Of a DNA stretch of 64,000 nucleotides, positions 47,501 to 61,042 are shown piece after piece; within the stretch, counting starts at the first letter, position 1; each line of letters starts with the position of its first letter. The translations under genes and the position numbers were made by a program. The notes under the pieces are model-generated. The model made no database searches and had not been told where the DNA came from. It saw only the letters and a program-made list of their open reading frames with translations. Source of the stretch: Azolla caroliniana (lineage: Eukaryota; Plantae; Polypodiophyta). The stretch covers positions 11,160,001 through 11,224,000 of the forward strand of contig JBHGNT010000022.1 in NCBI GenBank assembly GCA_043228905.1, given 5' to 3'.

Positions 47501-50500
47501 ACAAAAAGGGTTTCTTGTATTCAGTTTTATTTTTCACCATAAAATATCTGTTAAAATTTTTTCCTAGCATATTTAACCACAAATTCTTGTAAATGCCATT
47601 GAGTGCAGCTCATAATGTGAGCTTACATATTATTTGCATTTGGATATCCTCCATAATTGGTCCATATTGGAACTCTTATAATCAGGTTCCTGTTCGTTTC
47701 TCCCTTCTAGGATTTTGATCCACAGCCATAAATGTTAGACGAGGAGCTGTGATAATGTTGCAAAGAGTGATGAGAGGTCACCATTTTGGGCTGATTGTTC
47801 CATAAATGGTGAAAGAAAGAAAAGAAAGATACATTGACGTCTTTTAAGAGGCCAAAATGGCCTATAAAACCAAACAAGATATTACATCTTAACCGTTGTC
47901 TTGTCTTTGAGAGCAAACCAAAATAAACGTTACTAAGTAAAAAGCTAAAAAAGATAAAAACTAAAGAACCTTGTTATTAGTACATGTAAGATTCTCAAGT
48001 CAGATACATTGTATTTTTGTCTTCTAAAGTTCATTAGCATAGGTTGATCTAGAATGTAGAGGTCTCTGAAGCGAGGGCATGGCCTTTATCTGTCGACGAC
48101 AAGGGTGGTGAGATCATGGTCCATGAGACCGGGGCCTACATGAATGGGAAATTGCTATTGCCCACTGTATTGTAACCCCTTTGCTATGTCCTGATCGGGA
48201 TCCCATGGTAAGATCATGGTCCATGAGACCAGGGCCTACATTCATGGGAAATTGCTATTGCCCACTGTATTGTAACCCCTTTGCTATGTCCTGATCGGGA
48301 TCCCATTTATGTATCCCTTGATTGACTTGTAACATGAGAAGGAGTGATAGGGCTAAAGAAAGAAAACTATATTAATGTCTTTTGCAAGGCCAAAAGGACG
48401 TATAAGACTGAACGACGATTACATCTTAAAATGTTGTTTCTTCTTTAAGAAGAACAAGCCAAAGTAAATATAACTAAATATACTGTATTAAAGAATCTAA
48501 TTATTGAAACATTTAGGATTTCTCATTGTGTGGCCCTACCTCAAATGAGTGTATCTAACTGGTGTGGGAAAGGCATTTGTGGTGGCATAATGCAATAACT
48601 TTGACAACCGTTTGGGTAATTTATCTAGGGATGTGAAAGAATCCAAATCAAGCATGCCATTGTTTTCACTCCACAACTATACACATGAACTACTTCCTGA
48701 GTTAATGGGTATTTGGCATGGCCAGTTTTGTTCCTGGCATATACATCTTTTTGGCATCCATGCTTCACCTTAAAAGTGTTACTGAAGGTGAAGCATGGAT
48801 GAGGGAAGCATGAACTACTTATTGGTGACGAGGGAAGGTGGTTGTGATGGTATGTTGGATGTAAGGGTTACAGAAAGATAAAATGTGGTTGGCGCCAATT
48901 AGGCAGGGTTGGATGAAGGTTTTGATGGTTTGGGTGGCTTGTCTTGTCCTGAGGATGTATTCAATGTTGCTTTCGCCGCCTCTATGTGGAGTACTGTGAT
49001 GAGACTGCACTCCCCACTTAGGAGGAAGAGTGGGCCATTCTCAATAAATCTTTGATCCATCCAGTGTTTTAATGCACCCCTAGTCTGCTTCCTCCAACTC
49101 TTGAGGGCTCCAAACTTCATAGCTGTAATCACAGTCGTCCAGTAGAAGCACTATATTATTGATCGACACAATTGACAAATAGAATCAAAGGAGTGTTGGA
49201 TATGTCTCTCACAGAATGTGTTATGTGAATAAGGGAGGGATGTATATCCAAAGAGGGTGTTGGCATCTTTGCAGAGATGGAGAACTAAAATATGAAATAA
49301 TAGACTGGCATAGTCAAACCACGGAAATGTATGTGGAATCACTTGGTTTTTAAAGCCTTATTCTTGGTAAATCTCAAGTAACTTTGTAGCATGTAACTGG
49401 AACTGCATGAATGGAACAGATTGTCACAGAGGATGTGCTAGAAAGTCATATAAACTGTTCTGTTTGTGTAAGGGCTACATCATTTATTTGCTATGGCGTT
49501 CACATTTGTCAAATCACAATTATCTGGTTTAAGTGTGAAAATTGTAAATATTCTTATTGATAACAGAGTTTGATGATTACAATTTGCTTCTCGCAAGAAA
49601 AAACAGTAATGATGTATTCGTGGCTTGATTGCTATTGATCAAAGATCTCTTTAAAAATGTCTACCTGTAGTGAAAAAGGTACAGAAGCTAATGGAGAAGG
49701 TTCCAGCAACATTAATTGGTAAACGTTTTGAATACCTCCTTAATACTGGCAACTTGGCTATGCAACACGGATTAGAACTAATGCAGGTGCCTTTCCTTCT
49801 TGCTGTAAAACCACGCAGTGTTGATGTAATATGAAAGATTGTCTAGAGTTTCTCTATTTTGATTTACACATCATCACAATTAAGTTTATGAACTTTGTGG
49901 TGCACGAGTTGAAAGCCAATAAATAGTTGATGAATCTTCTAAATCAGCCATTAATATTTTTGTTATAAGCCTAAGAAACCATTAGATGTTGTAGCTTCAT
50001 ACTGATATACCTAAGTGACCTTTGGTGAATAGTTTAACATCCATATCTAGGCAGTACGATTCTAAGATGGTGATGTATAGTGCTAAAACTAACCTTTTTC
50101 TAAACATAGTTCTTAGCTGTGATATTTTTCCCAGTACAATGTGTCCTTTCAGATAATCTGATTAGCTTTTTTTGTTATGTTAAATATTTCAACAAAAGTT
50201 TTGACATACAATCATAAGACTTCCATCTACAGGCTCAGGTCCGTGTGACAATCTTCTCCTTTGGAAACTTAAACTGTAGGCGTTTAGCTTCATACTAATA
50301 TGCCTAAATGGGTTTTGGATGATCTTTTAACATCGATAGGAAATAATATTCTAAGAGGCTATATGTAATCTTAGAACTAACCTCATTTGAAACATAGTTC
50401 CCTGGTATGAGATTTTTGTTGTGTTAAAGATTTTAATAATAAATTTGGCATACAATTGTAAGTCATACAAAATCCATTATTCCATCTAAAGACTCAGGCA

Positions 50501-53500
50501 TGTGTCCCGTGGAAACTTAAATAAGCTTTTAGGGTCAATAGCAAATGTATGTTATGATGCGCCCCCAAGACAAGCAAGGAGTCCTTCTGGGCAATGTTTC
50601 CTTAAGCCCAAAACAGAATCACCAAAGTCAGTTAAAATTTGATGTTCTGGAATGCTGCGTAGGTCTCATTACCTGGCTAGAAGTTGCCTTGTGCCAAAAG
50701 AAGTATCATGATTGCTTCTGTTTTGAAGACGAAATGCATATACGAAAATTAGGGTCTTCTTAAAAACTTTCTTAGCTGTAAAAACTGAACAATGGCCTAC
50801 ATATAAAGTTAAGTGCTTCTATTAAGGTAATAACTGACTGTAGAAATCTGTCCTGACCAGTCTGAAGTACTTGGCCTATCATGGTAAGAAGTTTATTTTA
50901 TCACGCGGAATGCTAGAGATTATAGTCAATTGATGTGTGGTAATGTCAGATAATTGTTATTGTAAGAATATTGATATCATGCTTTGTCTTTTCCTGTTTG
51001 ATGCATCAATTCTGATATGAAATGTGGTTTTTGTTCACTTCAGTCAACCGGCTATACTGTTGTCGCAGAGAGACTCAACTATCTTAGATACATTTCACAT
51101 TTTCGATCCGTTCATAGAGGAGCCTACTTTCAAGCTCTTAGAACCACAACTGTGAGGAAATTGCTTCCAGAGTAAGACGGAACCTTTGTTAAAAATTGCC
51201 TATTGTAGTTACTTTTACTGAAACAAGAAACTTTCTGTATTTTCAGGTCCTGGGGATTTATTTGTCCAGTTCATACCCCTGATGGGAGTCCTTGTGGGTT
51301 GCTTACCCATTTATCAGTAGCTTGTGGTAAGCCAGTCCAAGATTCATTTGTCATTTTGAAAACCACACGGAAAAAAGGCTATTTGAACTGTCTAATATCA
51401 AATCATAGGTAATCATCACATTGTATGTGGCATCCCTTTACTTTGTAACTTCAAGTAGGCTTGCAATTGTAATTTTTCATTTAGTATGATGTCTAATTAA
51501 AGATTGAAAAGTAAATCACTTGTAAGATCGCTCATCTGTTTCAAGAAATGTTTAGAAACATTTTTCTTGTTTTCTAGGGTGTGCTTGTTGCATATTGAGC
51601 CCTACCTTTTGTTATGACTTATGGTTTTCATATTTGATCTGTTGGTATTCTAGGTAGTGCAGTTTTGATGTCAATCTGTATTTTCTTGAAAGTTTCCTTT
51701 CTATGATCAATTTACATGTATACTGTGTTGTTTTAATCAAGTTGTCATTAACTGTCCTACTTTCTAAAGATGCCATTCAGAATAAACATGAAAAGTATAA
51801 GTTCCCTTCAATTATTGTGTCGAAGTTGTAACCAAAAATGATTTGCAGAGGTAACAACTGACATGGATTCGAATGGCGAATTGAAGGATTTTCTTCAGCA
51901 GAGGAAAGAGATTATTTCTGTCCTGTCAGGATTTGGTGTGGTGGGGATTGCACCTGGCCTTTCAAGATCAGGCCCACCTGACTACCTACCTGTCCTTTTG
52001 GATGGCCGTGTTGTCGGACATATAGACAGTGGAAGGGTCTTGTCTGTGGTTCTGCAGCTTCGCCTATTGAAAGTCACAAAAAGTTCTGCAGTAAGTCGGA
52101 ATAATTGTTATAAAAGTGATGAACTCTGACATACTACACCTGGGCTTTTTGTTATTTCCCTAGATACCTGTAAGTTCTTGTTTTTCCCCAAATGAACATA
52201 TCCAATTGAGAAAAAGGAGATGAGTTGAGCATAGAATTTCCTGAAGAGAGGGTTTACCAAGGGCATTTGGGGTATTTGAGGGTTTTTTGGCCATGTTTAT
52301 AGTTTGAGGAATTAGAAGCAATTTCTGAACATTCATAACTAATATAACTGTGTATTTTGGAACAGGTGCCACCAGATCTAGAGGTTGCATATGTGCCATG
52401 CACTTTTGCTGGTGCATATCCAGGATTATTCCTCTTTACAGGGCCTGCACGAATGATTCGACCTGTTAAACAATTGTTTAATGAGCAAGCAATCGAAATG
52501 ATTGGACCTTTAGAGCAGGTATTTCTTACAAATGATACCACCTTGTTTGGCTTTTAATGTGCTGTGATTTAAATAGATGAGATATCAGCTGGAGTAAATT
52601 AAACAAATAATAAGTTACTGTCAATAGTCTTATTTTCTCTCATGGTTTAAATCAACCTTTTGTTATCTTAATTTTGAACTTCTGAATCAAACAAATTTTA
52701 ATGAACTATATGCTAGGTGCTATTCTCAAGGCATTTTTCCATTTCGATGAGCATTTGAGATTTAATTCTGTATGGTTCGTATGAAACAATTCCTTTTAAA
52801 TGCTTGAAGAACATCTTTTCTCATATACTACTTGAATGTAGTAATTGATCTGTAGAGTCCACATCAATAAATTATATGGGTCACGGTGTTTAATTTTATT
52901 AATTGTTGCTTGAAAATGCGTTGGCAGGTTTATATGGAAATAAGTTGTCCAGATGGTCTTGATGGTGGGCGGTCAGGGGTCCCTGCAACACACACTGAGA
53001 TTTCTCCTATGGCAATGCTTAGTGTTGTAGCTGGTCTAACACCCTGGTCAGACCATAATCAAAGTCCTCGTAACATGTACCAATGCCAGGTCAATTTTGT
53101 CTTGTCCCAGTCATATTTCTTCTGCATGATAGTGTGATTCTTTTAAAGCTTACTCCCTGAATGTTCCACTATGCAGATGGGCAAGCAGACCATGGGATTT
53201 CCTTCTCAAACAGTTCAATTTAGGGCTGATAATAAACTTTATCGACTTCAAGTATGTAAATATTCATTATTATTCCTTGCTGTTGGGAACTTCTCTGGTC
53301 AATTATAGTACTCATTTATTAAAGGGATTCCTTGTAGACACCACAGACACCCTTAGCTCGAACGAGTCGTTATGTGAACTATCACATGGATGAATTTCCT
53401 ACTGGGACAAATGCTGTAGTTGCAGTTCTTGCATATACGGGTTATGATATGGAAGATGCTATGATTATAAATAAGTCTTCCATGGAGAGAGGATTGTGCC

Positions 53501-56500
53501 ATGGTCAGATCTACAAGGTTTGTATATCATTACTTTGTCTGGCTAATACAACAATTTAAAATATAAAACATAGATTTTTCATAACTGTTGATGCAAGCTT
53601 ATGGTAAATACAGTTTATATGTTGTCATTGTGGAGAATACTGGGTCTTGAATGCAGATATTCAGTGCGTTAAATATGTCTTTTGCTAGATAATTAAGGTG
53701 AAGTGTGGACACCCTAGAAACCGTTGGGGAAATAAGTACTTCAGCTTAAGCTCTGTACATATCTTGTTCAGGAGATAGATAATTGGGTTTCATATGGACA
53801 GCTTATAAACGTTTTTAGGGAAGAAGTGTGTCAGATTCAGCTCTGCACACACATCTGTCTAGTTCATTAATAGAGGGTGGCATTTTCACGGGAGAAATGC
53901 TTCAGCTTCAGCTCTGTACACTTATCTATTTAGTTTAGGAGATAGGAAATATTCAAATATTAACATGTTACTGTAAATTATTTCTGGTTCTATAATCCGA
54001 CATCTCAGATGCAACAAGTCATATATATGTACATATATATATAGATAGATGGACATGCATTTAGAGAGTGTCAACTGGTGGATGTTATAAGAAATATAAC
54101 TAATAAATTCTACTGATCAGGATACAATGACCTGATTTGGCATTTGTGCTCTATGTTTGTATGTAGACAGAGACCATTGATCTAACAAAGATAAACAAAA
54201 AAGGAGATGGGTACATTAACAAATTCTCAAGACCAACAAATAGGTTTCGTCCTGCAGATGTAAAGTATTTAGATACTGATGGGCTTCCCTACATTGGACA
54301 GGTACGAATGCTATCCTTACTGCATTCTAGTAAATTCTATATGGAGTATTAGTTTATTAAAAAGTGGTTATATATGATTGCAGGTCCTGAAAGGTGATGA
54401 TGTTTACTGTAGTGTCACTAACTCAATGACTGAACGTGCAAAACTTTGGAAACTGAAGTCTTCAGAAACAGCAGTAGTTGATTATGTGGCTGCAATTGGA
54501 ACTGGTGCTAAAGAACCATTACAAAAAGTAGGTATTTTGTGTGAAATTAATGAATGTGATTTTATATGAAATAAATGAATTCGGTAAAGTTTAATGAGTC
54601 GTAAAATAGAAGGGCTGCAAGCAGTTCTCATTTGAATGATGTTTGCTGTACCAATGACATTTTGCAAAATATATGCATGCATGCCAAATCTGACGGCGAA
54701 AAGCTATTGTTGGTGCTCGCGTACTACTGCCTTCTCTAAATGGCATACCTTGTCTGAAACCAATTTACCAGCTTAGTCTTCTGTATAAATGTTGTTATCT
54801 CGCATCTCTCCAAAGTCAGAGAACCTTTCTTACAGGCTTCTGCAAGTTAGTGAACCGTTGAAACACAATTTATGGATGATTCACATATAAATGACCATTT
54901 GCTCACATTTATTGGATCGATTCACATACCTCATAAAGAGCTCCACTCATATTAATGACTACAAATTTCCTACTTTAGTTGAATCAGACCCACAGACTTC
55001 ATATTCTTCAACCCATATTAGTCCTTGACGTTAAAGATCCATTCACTGCCCATCGGTACAAACATCTCAAATCTTCCCTGTTTCTAATGCAGTTAGTTTC
55101 TCAAGTTATTTATCTCTTGAGAGACAAATACTGAAGCTGAGAATGAGCATTGTTTTTCCAGCAATAATGGAGGACATTCTGATAACCGTTGCTTCATATC
55201 TAGTCATGGTGTACAGTTAAATATTGCAATCCTTAATTCTTGGTCCAGATGGCATGCAATTGCAGTACCCTTTCAGTAATAGATCTTGCCTTGTTCTTTG
55301 TTCTTATGGCAGGTTACAATACGATTGAGGCAAGAGCGTAATCCGGTAATTGGTGACAAATTCAGCAGCAGGCATGGACAGAAAGGTGTTTGCTCACAAT
55401 TGTGGCCAGATATTGATATGCCATTCTCACATGTAACAGGAATGCGTCCCGACATTATAATAAATCCTCATGCATTTCCTTCGAGAATGACAATCGGAAT
55501 GCTTTTGGAGTCTGTGGCTGCAAAGGTATGTGTGCTTCTTCCTTGGTCTTTTAATTTAATGTTTTCCTTTTTTGAAATTGGAAAGAGATGTATGGAAGGA
55601 ATCAATGAATACTGTGAACTTTCAGATGAGTTTAAAGAAGGCTTTTTTTTATCTCAGAAATTCTTTATTAAATGTCAACTTTCTAATCCTACGCCATGGT
55701 TTGTTAGAGTGGATGATGTACCCAGGTACATGATCGTGTTTTCTTTTTTCATGCTGTGCTCCTATATGTATTAGTTCACTTCTGATCACTTCTGATTGAG
55801 GAAGAATGCACAAGATTTTCGTCTCCTAAACTAGCATGTGAAAGGTTCATTCCAAAGAAAAAAGCATTATCGTGTTTTTGATCTCACTGAAGTGGATACA
55901 GATTATTGGTATACGGGGATGCATTTGGTGTTTTCATCATCTTCCATTATATTTCATGAGCATTCTTGTGGGGTCAAACGAGTCATGAAAACTGTGATTG
56001 TATCATGCATCTGTGAATCACAATGAATCTACATGCTCTGTTCATTATATGCATAAGAATCAATTTCAAGTTCGTGTCTCCCAACAGCAACTTGCTTTTA
56101 AAAATTAATGTCAGGGTGGCGCATTGGAGGGAAAATTCGTGGATGCCACCCCTTTTTCAGGTGTGAAAGTTGCATCATTGTCTGGAAAATCAGATAAACC
56201 AAGTGGAACCTTAGTTGATGAGTATGGCGAGGTCTTACGGGATCATGGCTTCAATTATCACGGTACCGAGGTGATGTACAGTGGATTATTTGGAACAGAG
56301 CTAGTTTGCGAAATCTTTATTGGAGTTGTTTATTATCAGCGGCTGCGTCACATGGTATCAGATAAGTATCAGGTGAAAAGACAAAATTGTCATCTTAGTT
56401 TTGTTTTAGAAACTAGAACATATTATAATTAGCCATATTTATGTGTTTTAAACAAATCATTTATCGCCAGTGGACTTTAATTAATGAAGCTTTTTATGAC

Positions 56501-56947
56501 TGGATATATTTCAATTGCTTCTTGGTTCAATAGGTGAGATCGAGAGGTGCAGTGAATCCTGTTACACAACAGCCCGTGAAGGGGCGGGCGGCGGGTGGTG
56601 GAATCCGGTTTGGAGAGATGGAGAGAGACTCTCTACTAGCACATGGGGCCGCATATCTGTTACACGACCGATTACACACTTGTTCTGACCATCATATCGC
56701 GATGGTTTGTTCTTTTTGTGGTAGTTTACTCTCACCTGTTTCGGTCTGCCAGGTGAAATCATCTCAGCTTAGTCTTCCACCACCTGGTGGTAGAACCAAG
56801 AAGGCTATGTGTAAGTATTGTAAAACTGGACGTGGCATTGAGAGAGTGGCAATGCCATTCGCCTTTCGTTACTTAACCGCTGAGCTCGCGGCCATGAATA
56901 TGAAACTTACATTGAAAATTTCAGATGATGCAAGGAGGAAGATGTAG
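44032..56947 (+). CDS. NRPA2: DNA-directed RNA polymerase I second-largest subunit (RPA2/RPA135), ~26 exons
   Basis: [113 protein letters not shown]. Approximate exons: 44032-44266, 44930-45018, 45161-45280, 45397-45473, 45743-45806, 46004-46074, 46157-46234, 46331-46375, 46497-46677, 46755-46807, 46888-46961, 47057-47174, 47344-47431, 49671-49786, 51044-51171, 51247-51327, 51849-52090, 52366-52518, 52928-53088, 53177-53251, 53338-53517, 54167-54301, 54384-54527, 55313-55525, 56114-56372, 56534-56947. Confidence 0.96.
44267..44929 (+). other. U12-type (minor spliceosome) AT-AC intron 1 of NRPA2
   Basis: 5' site ATATCCTT, branch point TTCCTTGAC (44910-44918), 3' AC. Splicing gives in-frame KLR-I-WIERP. 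Confidence 0.92.
48110..48306. repeat. Near-exact 2 x 99-bp tandem duplication in NRPA2 intron 13
   Basis: AGATCATGGTCCATGAGACC...CTGATCGGGATCCCAT occurs twice. Confidence 0.9.
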
Positions 56948-58207
56948 TTCTTTTTAATATAAGTGAGCCATTTTTGACCTAATTTGATATTTTGGCATTT
57001 TGTCATTCAATCTTTTTTATTTACCTTAATTCCATTGTGATATTTATCCAATAGTAAATTCTTTATGATTGTTAGCAAAGTAATATGTTACTGTATTTGG
57101 TGTATTTATAATATAAATAAGTGGAAAAATGGTCGAGAGATGTTATTCACAGAGAGAAATAGATACGCTATTAATGTAAACAGGGAATCAGTATGAACTA
57201 TGGGATGAGCGTGGATTGAATATGAATTTGCTCAATTCTGTGGTATTGATGCCACTGCAAGAAAAGAAAAGAGATGTATAATATGCAGGAAAAACAGTGA
57301 AGTGGCGAATAGTAGTCGCCCTCATAAACATTTGATTAAATGGGCAGGTGGTAGTTCTTAATTTGTATGATGCAGCATAACTCTTTATAAAAGCATCAAT
57401 ATGCAACATGATATGGTGCTTAGCTGGGGGTTCTCCATGATGCACACTGAATGATGAGTATGTTGGTACAATAGTTGATTACATTGTGAGAGATGTCCTT
57501 AGATCAGACAATTTGGAATAATATTGTGAGGCATACTTGAGACGTCATAGGCAAGTTTGGATGTAATCAGATGCACTCTAATCATCTCATTAGTGTGATT
57601 TTTTCTTGGTAAATTTAGGTTAATGATACCAACGTCCACAATTGTTTTGCATTCCCTAGCATGGTGGTAAGGACTTGGCCTAATATTGTTTGACTTAGGG
57701 TTCAAGCATTGCATTATCTAGAATAGCAAGTGTTTCATTTTATGTGTTTGACCATGTAAATTTAGGCACAAGAGGTGACTACTCAATCAGTACCTTAATG
57801 TGTAATGTATTTGGCAATCCACACGGGTGGTCTTGATTATCTATTTTGAGTGTTCCCTTTATAAAACGAACTTTAGTCCACCATGATGTTGCGCGAGGTT
57901 GTGAGTATGTGTGAACACGTAAGGCACTTGCACGACTAAGCATCTCATGATTGTAATTTGTAACTAATTAGAATATTGATTGCAATGGATTACAATCAGA
58001 AGTTGATTGCAAATTGAATACAATATTCTGGTAAAGGATTGATCAGACTAGATTACATATATTAGCATTCAAGGAAAAAGAGGCAATAATGATGAGATAG
58101 CAAATGTCATTATGCGATATTAAGAATTTGAGCTATCGTTATGAGCAACTAGTCATCAAATCAAAATCAAAACATTCATAGCTAATCGATTGTCATAACA
58201 TAACAAA

Positions 58208-58415
58208 ACGGAACTCTTAGAAAATAAATGAAAAGAGAAAAAAAAGAACATTGATTTCTCACTCTTTGGTTTCTTGGATCAACTAACAGTACTCATAAAT
58301 CCTTAAAAAATAATGGAACTCTTGGAAAATAAATGAGAAAAAAAAGAACTTTGATTTCTCACTCTTTTGTTTCTTGGATCTACTAACAATACTCATAAAT
58401 CCTTAAAAAATAAAC
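58208..58415. repeat. 2 x ~106-bp tandem duplication
   Basis: GGAACTCTT...ACTCATAAATCCTTAAAAAATAA occurs twice. Confidence 0.85.
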
Positions 58416-58479
58416 GACAAGAGAGAATAGAATAGATGTTTTATTGTCCATAATCAGGCCAATTATGATCTATAGATGT

Positions 58480-59990
58480 TTCATCATCTTCCATGTGACT
58501 TCTTCCTAAGAAGGGGTTATTGCTAAGTAGTAAAAAACTCTTGACGTGAAAATCATGCACACACATCCATCTAACAAGTCATCATATTTCTCGTGGATTA
58601 CCTTATACATTGAGCATGCGATAAGTAAGTGATATTCATCCGCCACTAGGTTTTCATTGGATATCTTGCATATCTTCATATTTGAGTGATGATGTAATGA
58701 TGCTACCTCAACACCTAGCTTGCGTGAGTGAGTTCGAAGAAGTGTTAAAGACTTCTAAGAGCCAAGGCTCATAGGTGTAGTGAGATGCAATTGGATACCA
58801 ACATTTTTTCCTTGTATTTTGGCCAATATTGGGGGTTAATATTTGCAATGTAATAATCCAATTTTGTCATTTTTGCATTTTGCCATTTTATCCTTAGTGC
58901 CTCTAGTAATGTATCCTCAAGGACCACATACTTCATACCATCGCCTGAAAGCTCCACAAGATCTTTTATTTCGCATCCATTTTGTTACATGAGGCACCCA
59001 ACCACACGAGAGGATCTTCCTCTTACTAGTTTTTTGTACCTTGCATTTTATGCTTCAAGCTTGTTTGGGTAGTCTATAATCAAGCATTTTCTTGACTTTT
59101 GTGATATACTTCTTTACTCTTTGCATGGCTAGTATGGGCCATGCGCCTATTTCTAATAGTATGATAGGATAGGATGCTGAGGATTTTACCCCAATTGTCT
59201 ATGTAAGATTTTTTTTTGGATTTTATGTATTTCATTCCATGCACCAAGTGAGATAGTGCCACCCCATGCTTATACTCCATAAACAATGCTAGGACCACCA
59301 AAGCATTGAATGACATTAATCTCAGTATCTCTTTGGTTGCATTGATTCTTGAACATATAATAACTATTCCAATGTGCTTGAAGTCTAGGCTCATAACATA
59401 CATTCCACCTATTTGTGTTGGGATATTAATACCATATATTTGTGTTGTATTAGTTCTTCGTTGTATGTAAAAGTGGGGTAATGTTTTGGTTGTATTACCT
59501 TTATTGCCATCATTACTTTTCTCCACATTGACAATTAGCCCATCGATTTGACAAAATGTGTCGAACACATGAAGTGTTGCATATCATCCAAATTATTTAA
59601 GAAAAACAGCATCATCAAGATACAGGCATATAAAAATAATCTCCATTGATTTGATAGAATGTGTCCAATGCACAAAAGTGTTGCATATCATCCAAGTTAT
59701 ATGAGAAAAACATCATTAGAATATAGGAGTATAAAAATAAGCTCATGCTTGAGTTTGGGGATCCAATCAAAACACGCCATTAGAATTGCATCGGTACCAT
59801 TGAGAATATGCAAATTTATGCATTTAAGCATAAGTATGAGAAGCCTACTATAATTTGACTTAGTGCAATCTTCTGAGTCACATGTCAAATCCAACACCAT
59901 TACATTATCATCAACTTCCACATTTTGGTAAGTTCCAATTCTAGCAACAAAATCTCCCACAACCAACACTTTTCCAATCTTCTCATATTT
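58480..59990 (-). mobile_element. Highly degenerate non-LTR retrotransposon (RTE/L2-like) endonuclease-RT fragments
   Basis: VGDFVARIG and LHILNG (endonuclease-like), CLYLDDAV and FDTFCQIDGLIVNVEKS (RT-like) in broken frames. Confidence 0.6.
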
Positions 59991-61042
59991 AAGAAAGGGA
60001 TGAGAAATGGAGGCTAAATTTGGCTTCCTTATAGATTTACGTGATCACGTACTCACAGGGAAGATTCTAGTTTTGTTTTAAAAAAATTAAAACAAATTCA
60101 CAATATACTAAAGCAAACAATAATGAAAGGTTATTATTGCTATGCATTAAGGGAGACCATCCACCAAAAGCTATCAAAAAAACACATCCTAATGTACAGC
60201 CCAGTGGAAATGATATCTTAACCCACTATTGGTAGCTGAAACTGTAGATATCTTCACACACTGAAATACACAAAATTGTACCACAAGAGGTGTTCTAGTT
60301 AAATTTGGAAACTTACAGGTGTTTTTGTCAAACTTTGAAGACATGGGAGTATTCCATTGAAATTTGGAAACCTGTGCTATCAAGGTGATTTGGGTGACCC
60401 AAACGTTCAGGCTATTTGGGTTTTTTTTTTCTTCCAGGTAAAAACCTGCACAGTAATATAGTATTGACCATGAATAAAATTTCCACTATATTAGAATTCA
60501 CTGGAGGTTTCTCAAAAGATCAAGACTAGGGGCACTTTGTCAAGGCATTACTATTTTGCAATTTCCATCCAGAATATGATGATGACTTGGTAAAATAGTT
60601 ACAGGTAGTTTACTCATCAAGATCACAAGATGTTACAATTTTGCCAAGTGACACCAAAAAGTCAATAGTTAGTACTCATCAAGATCTCAGGATGTCATAA
60701 TTTTTGCCAAACGAATCCACTATGTTGGACAAGAAACTGAAACAGCTGTGTGGGATCTTTATGTAGAGAGAAGATATAATTATAATAAACATAATAGAGA
60801 GAGGAGAGAAAAAGGACAATGGAAATGTACCCTAGTGCCAAAGGAAAAGGAAAAAAGAATTGGGTTATAACTTATCTGTGTCACACCTAGACTCGCCACT
60901 TAGTGGGGCTATGTTAACCTTGGGTTTTTGGTTAAATGATGATAGTTATAAGCCTCTGTACATTTGTACAAATTCGATGTTAACCTCTTGGTAACTATCT
61001 ATATATACCGATCAATATTGGGAAATAACCTCCAATTGGTTC

